A stretch of 37,801 nucleotides of DNA, taken from Verrucomicrobiota bacterium (GTDB lineage Bacteria > Verrucomicrobiota > Verrucomicrobiia > Limisphaerales > UBA9464). The notes beneath the pieces were generated by a model. It ran no database searches. It saw only the letters and a list, made by a program, of their open reading frames with translations, and was not told where the DNA came from. Below, piece after piece: positions 34,603 to 37,801 of the stretch. The translations under genes were made by a program, and so were the position numbers. The stretch's first letter is position 1, and every line of letters begins with the position of its first letter. The stretch lies in assembly GCA_031384285.1 (NCBI GenBank), contig JANNAJ010000239.1, positions 1 through 37,801 of the forward strand, written 5' to 3'.

Positions 34603-37242
34603 TCACTTGGGGACGAGGTAGTCTTGGGTCCAGACCGGGCGAGGCGGCTTGTTCGTGCTGCCCAAGCGGGCTTGCCAGTTGTAGTCCGTGAGCCGGGTGA
34701 GGCCGGGTTGGATGAACTCGTAGTGGCTCAGCGTCGGGCCGGCGTAGACCATCTTGTCAGGCCCGCTGTCCACGGCGATGAGCAGCAGGTCCACGTTGCC
34801 GACGGCCTCGTGGAGCACGCCTCCTGCGTAGCGGTCGTCCGGCGGGGCGGTGTGAACGTCGGTGACCAAGGCGTCCGGGCGGTCAGAGGCGTTGATGTCG
34901 GCGCCGCCACCGAAAGGGGATGGTGGAGCATACTGCCCGTAATCTTTGTAGAACAGACCGGGATACCAACCGTCGAAGCTCTTCCCGACATAGGGATGGG
35001 TCTGAACATTCATCGTGCCTTGCACGAAGGCGGTCTCCGCAGTGGTGAACCGCTCCGCCGCCAGTTCCTTGCGGGCGAGTTCCTGCAGCTTCGCCATCTG
35101 GCTGGCGAAGTTCAGGCAATGCTTGATCCGGGCGTCCGCTTGGCGGGCGAGATCCACCTGATACGATCCACCAAACCGGTCGTCTCGCACCCAGATCGTG
35201 CCGCTGGCCTCGAACTTCCCCAGCGCATGGACCGTGGATTGGGCCATCCTCCACATCGCCTGCCAGAACTCGACACGCGGTTCGACGAAGCCGGCCGGGT
35301 ATTCGCACCCGATGATCCCGGAAAAGGGCTGTGCCGCATAAAGCACCGTGTCGTGCCGCAGCTGGGTCCACGAGGCGAGCTGGGTATTCACCGTCTTTTG
35401 CGCCCAAACCCGAGTCCGCATGGCCTGCGGGTGGCGCGGATCGGTCGTCGGCGCGGAGAGCATCCACAGCGCATAGAGCCAGCGGGCGTAGATGCTGTCG
35501 CCCCAAGCCGGTGCGGCCTGCTGGTCGAACGTGGCCTTCACCGCGGCGAGGTTGTGCTGGTAGGGCAATCCGCTTCGAGTGATGCCGGCCGCGATCTCCG
35601 GCACGACCTGCGAGTTGCCGAAGACGCCGAAGGCCACATCGAGCCCCGTGGGCAGCCGCCGCACCACCTTGCCCTCGAACGTCCTTCCGCCCGGTAGCTC
35701 TTCGTTCCAACGGATGCGGTCGAACGTCACTTGGGCCGTGGCCCAGCCGTCCGAGATGAACCGCTGCCCGGTCGCCGAGAACACACGTGGCAACTGCGTC
35801 TGTTCCGGTCCGAACGGGGTGGCGTAGGTGGCGTTGGCGTAATTCTGCACGCCATAGTTCCCGGCCAGCAGGTCCGCTTGGAACTTCGCGACACGGGCGG
35901 GCGTGTTCGCCGCCGCGAGCGTCAGACCGGTGGCGGTCCGCAACGGGCCCAGTTCCCGGAACGTCAGCGCGTCCGTCGGTCCGACGAAGACGCGCAACAG
36001 TTCGTCCAAGGTCTCCCAAGGCACGGCGGCTCCGCTGCGGGAATACAGCTCGTGGAGGACGATGGCGGTGCCTGCTTCGCGTGACGAGGCCCTCGGACCG
36101 GCCACGCGCAGATCGGCCAGCGCGGTCCACATGAAGGCTTGGAAATACCGGCCGAGCGCCACGGTACGCGTGTAGTGGCCGCGGACGGTGAACTGGGAGA
36201 AATCGAAGGCGCGCTCGTCTTCCGGGTGTCTATCTTCCCAAAGGAGAAAGTCAGCCCGGTATCGCTGCGCCGCGACTGCGGCCAGCGTCTCGGCCACACG
36301 TACGTCCTGGGCGAGCTTCGGGGGGACCGCGGTGCCTTCAAGGAGCGAGCTGGCGACGGCGAGGAAGTAGTCGGCATCCCGCACGCTTGCGCGCAGCGGC
36401 CCGTCGCCGACTTCTCCTGCCACGGCTGCCACCTGCCCGGCCATCGTGTCGAACATCGCCTTGAGCGCCTGCGTGAGCTGGGTCTCCTCCAGTTCGCCCA
36501 GCATCGCCTGATACGTCCAGTGCCACGCGTGCAGCGCCGAGTCGGCGGAGATGAACACCGGGAAATCGTCGGCGAACACCTTGTAATACACATCGGCGAA
36601 GCTGTAGGAGCCCAACCGCTCGCTCACCACAAAGCCGTTTGTCCGGAACCGCGCCGACTCCTCCGCGTTCAGGCGGAAGTCGTGCAGGCGGCGGTCAGGC
36701 GAGTTGGCCGGCAGCTTCGCGTTGAACACGGCCGGGTCCGTGTCGAACTCCGTCCAGTAGCGCGCCGTCGTCGGGTCGAACCCGAGCTGCGCCAGGTAGG
36801 TGTTCGTCGGGGCGAAGCGCGCGGCGAACTCGGCCGCCGTCGGGTAGCCGAGTTTCCGCAGTTCCTGCTGGAACACGCGGTTGTAGCCGAACAGCTCCGC
36901 GCCGTCCGCGGCTTCGCCCGTGTCCTGCACCTCGGACCGCAACCGGTAGAACCCGACCGCTCCCGCGTCCAAGGTGAGCTTGAGCGGCGCGGAGGGATCC
37001 TCGCTCGCCGACAACTCGATCGGCGCATCCCATGTCTTCAGGTCGCCGCTGTGCTCGACTTGGAGCCGATACCGCGTGCCCGCCACCGGTGCGACCGGCA
37101 CGGCGGGGAGATAGACCTCGGTCCGGCCCGCTTGCTCCCGGATCTGAAACGGCGCAGGAAGCGTGGCGGCCGACACCACCGGCCAGCCCAGACAGAAAGC
37201 GAGGACGAGAGGACGGTTGTGGGAGCGGTGCACGGAGGTCAC
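34603..37242 (-). CDS. Large secreted protein, DUF3160-like, with an N-terminal FYRLR module
   Basis: 879 aa, GTG start at 37242, with a signal peptide. The CDS is well supported by length and codon bias. The DUF3160 assignment is from memory of the FVVSERL...FPVFISADSALHAWH region and is tentative. Confidence 0.6.
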   Translation of the reverse strand: MTSVHRSHNRPLVLAFCLGWPVVSAATLPAPFQIREQAGRTEVYLPAVPVAPVAGTRYRLQVEHSGDLKTWDAPIELSASEDPSAPLKLTLDAGAVGFYRLRSEVQDTGEAADGAELFGYNRVFQQELRKLGYPTAAEFAARFAPTNTYLAQLGFDPTTARYWTEFDTDPAVFNAKLPANSPDRRLHDFRLNAEESARFRTNGFVVSERLGSYSFADVYYKVFADDFPVFISADSALHAWHWTYQAMLGELEETQLTQALKAMFDTMAGQVAAVAGEVGDGPLRASVRDADYFLAVASSLLEGTAVPPKLAQDVRVAETLAAVAAQRYRADFLLWEDRHPEDERAFDFSQFTVRGHYTRTVALGRYFQAFMWTALADLRVAGPRASSREAGTAIVLHELYSRSGAAVPWETLDELLRVFVGPTDALTFRELGPLRTATGLTLAAANTPARVAKFQADLLAGNYGVQNYANATYATPFGPEQTQLPRVFSATGQRFISDGWATAQVTFDRIRWNEELPGGRTFEGKVVRRLPTGLDVAFGVFGNSQVVPEIAAGITRSGLPYQHNLAAVKATFDQQAAPAWGDSIYARWLYALWMLSAPTTDPRHPQAMRTRVWAQKTVNTQLASWTQLRHDTVLYAAQPFSGIIGCEYPAGFVEPRVEFWQAMWRMAQSTVHALGKFEASGTIWVRDDRFGGSYQVDLARQADARIKHCLNFASQMAKLQELARKELAAERFTTAETAFVQGTMNVQTHPYVGKSFDGWYPGLFYKDYGQYAPPSPFGGGADINASDRPDALVTDVHTAPPDDRYAGGVLHEAVGNVDLLLIAVDSGPDKMVYAGPTLSHYEFIQPGLTRLTDYNWQARLGSTNKPPRPVWTQDYLVPK

Positions 37243-37401
37243 CTACTCTTGGCGTTCAACCCCGTCAAATTCGCCTTCTGGTGACAGCCGCCCGTCCGCT
37301 TGTTTCAGGACCATCCGAGCGGAAATCCGGGTGGAGATCCCGGCGAAGCCGACGGACGGACGATTCCATCCACAGCCGGGATTTTCGGACCGGCTCCCAG
37401 G

Positions 37402-37801
37402 TCAGTAAATTCTCTCACCGACTTCCACCACGTCGCCTGGTCTCAGCTCAAACCGGGTCTTCATCGCGTCGTCCCAGTCGAGGTTCTGGACCGCGTTGTC
37501 GCGTCGCACCTTGATCCGTTTCCGATCGGCCGCTCTCGTCAACCCTCCGCTGGCGGCGATGGCTTCGATCAGATCCATGGACTTGCCGGCCGGCAGCTCG
37601 ATCCGCCCCGGCCGGTTCACATGGCCTACGACGGAGACCGTGCCTCCGGCATCCTGCGAAAAGATGATGGACCTGGCGGGGACCTCGATTCGGTCGCCGT
37701 CCTTGAGCTCGATGTCGGCGTTCCGGTCGCCCTTCTCGATGATGTTCGTGACGTTGGCCTCGATGACCGTCTCCTTCTTGGAGACCGGGTCGAACCGGCG
37801 G
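37402..37801 (-). CDS. 3' part of a second polysaccharide export protein (SLBB domains); 5' end is outside the window
   Basis: The frame is open to the window edge: ...DGDRIEVPARSIIFSQDAGGTVSVVGHVNRPGRIELPAGKSMDLIEAIAASGGLTRAADRKRIKVRR...LRPGDVVEVGERIY, which is the SLBB / Wza-like C-terminal pattern. Confidence 0.75.
   Translation of the reverse strand, partial: RRFDPVSKKETVIEANVTNIIEKGDRNADIELKDGDRIEVPARSIIFSQDAGGTVSVVGHVNRPGRIELPAGKSMDLIEAIAASGGLTRAADRKRIKVRRDNAVQNLDWDDAMKTRFELRPGDVVEVGERIY

Overview
High-GC, densely coding bacterial chromosomal segment (about 63-70% GC on a few hand-counted 60-nt lines). The gene content looks like the PVC superphylum, probably Verrucomicrobiota; this is inference from families such as a prepilin-type methylation-domain protein, a membrane-bound-dehydrogenase domain with HEAT repeats plus ThuA, He_PIG/I-set Ig proteins and DUF3160. 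I support about 32 genes. Left to right: an enolase-superfamily fragment, dnaA (not followed by dnaN) with a lower-GC upstream region, glnB (PII), a class-V aminotransferase, a PNPOx-family protein, an orphan ECF sigma factor divergent from glnD, the dehydrogenase-domain/HEAT protein with ThuA, an anti-sigma-like plus DUF3106-like pair, an alpha/beta-hydrolase peptidase and DUF1275. Then comes a DUF3570 barrel, TlpA thioredoxin and DUF4266 lipoprotein module, followed by an Ig-domain protein and its decayed tandem paralog. Next is a polysaccharide export block (OM barrel, Wzc-like tyrosine autokinase, Wza-like exporter, small FHA membrane protein) and four glycosyltransferases, including a divergent GT4 paralog pair. 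The right end holds ygfZ, a delta-9-type desaturase, a PQQ-like beta-propeller, a pseudopilin-like protein, a DUF3160-like protein and a second partial Wza-like gene. I found no rRNA, tRNA, CRISPR array, transposase, integrase or recognisable defence gene. The best candidates for undescribed biology are: (1) the uncharacterised DUF3570/TlpA/DUF4266 envelope module with its GGGCGCN-tailed lipoprotein; (2) a perfect 43-bp inverted repeat in the same codon phase in two divergent GT4 genes, bracketing their shared promoter region; (3) an atypical FHA membrane protein translationally coupled to the Wza/Wzc export genes; (4) a recurrent ~70-aa module ending in FYRVR in four proteins. All family calls are from reading the translations and from memory of motifs; no searches were run.
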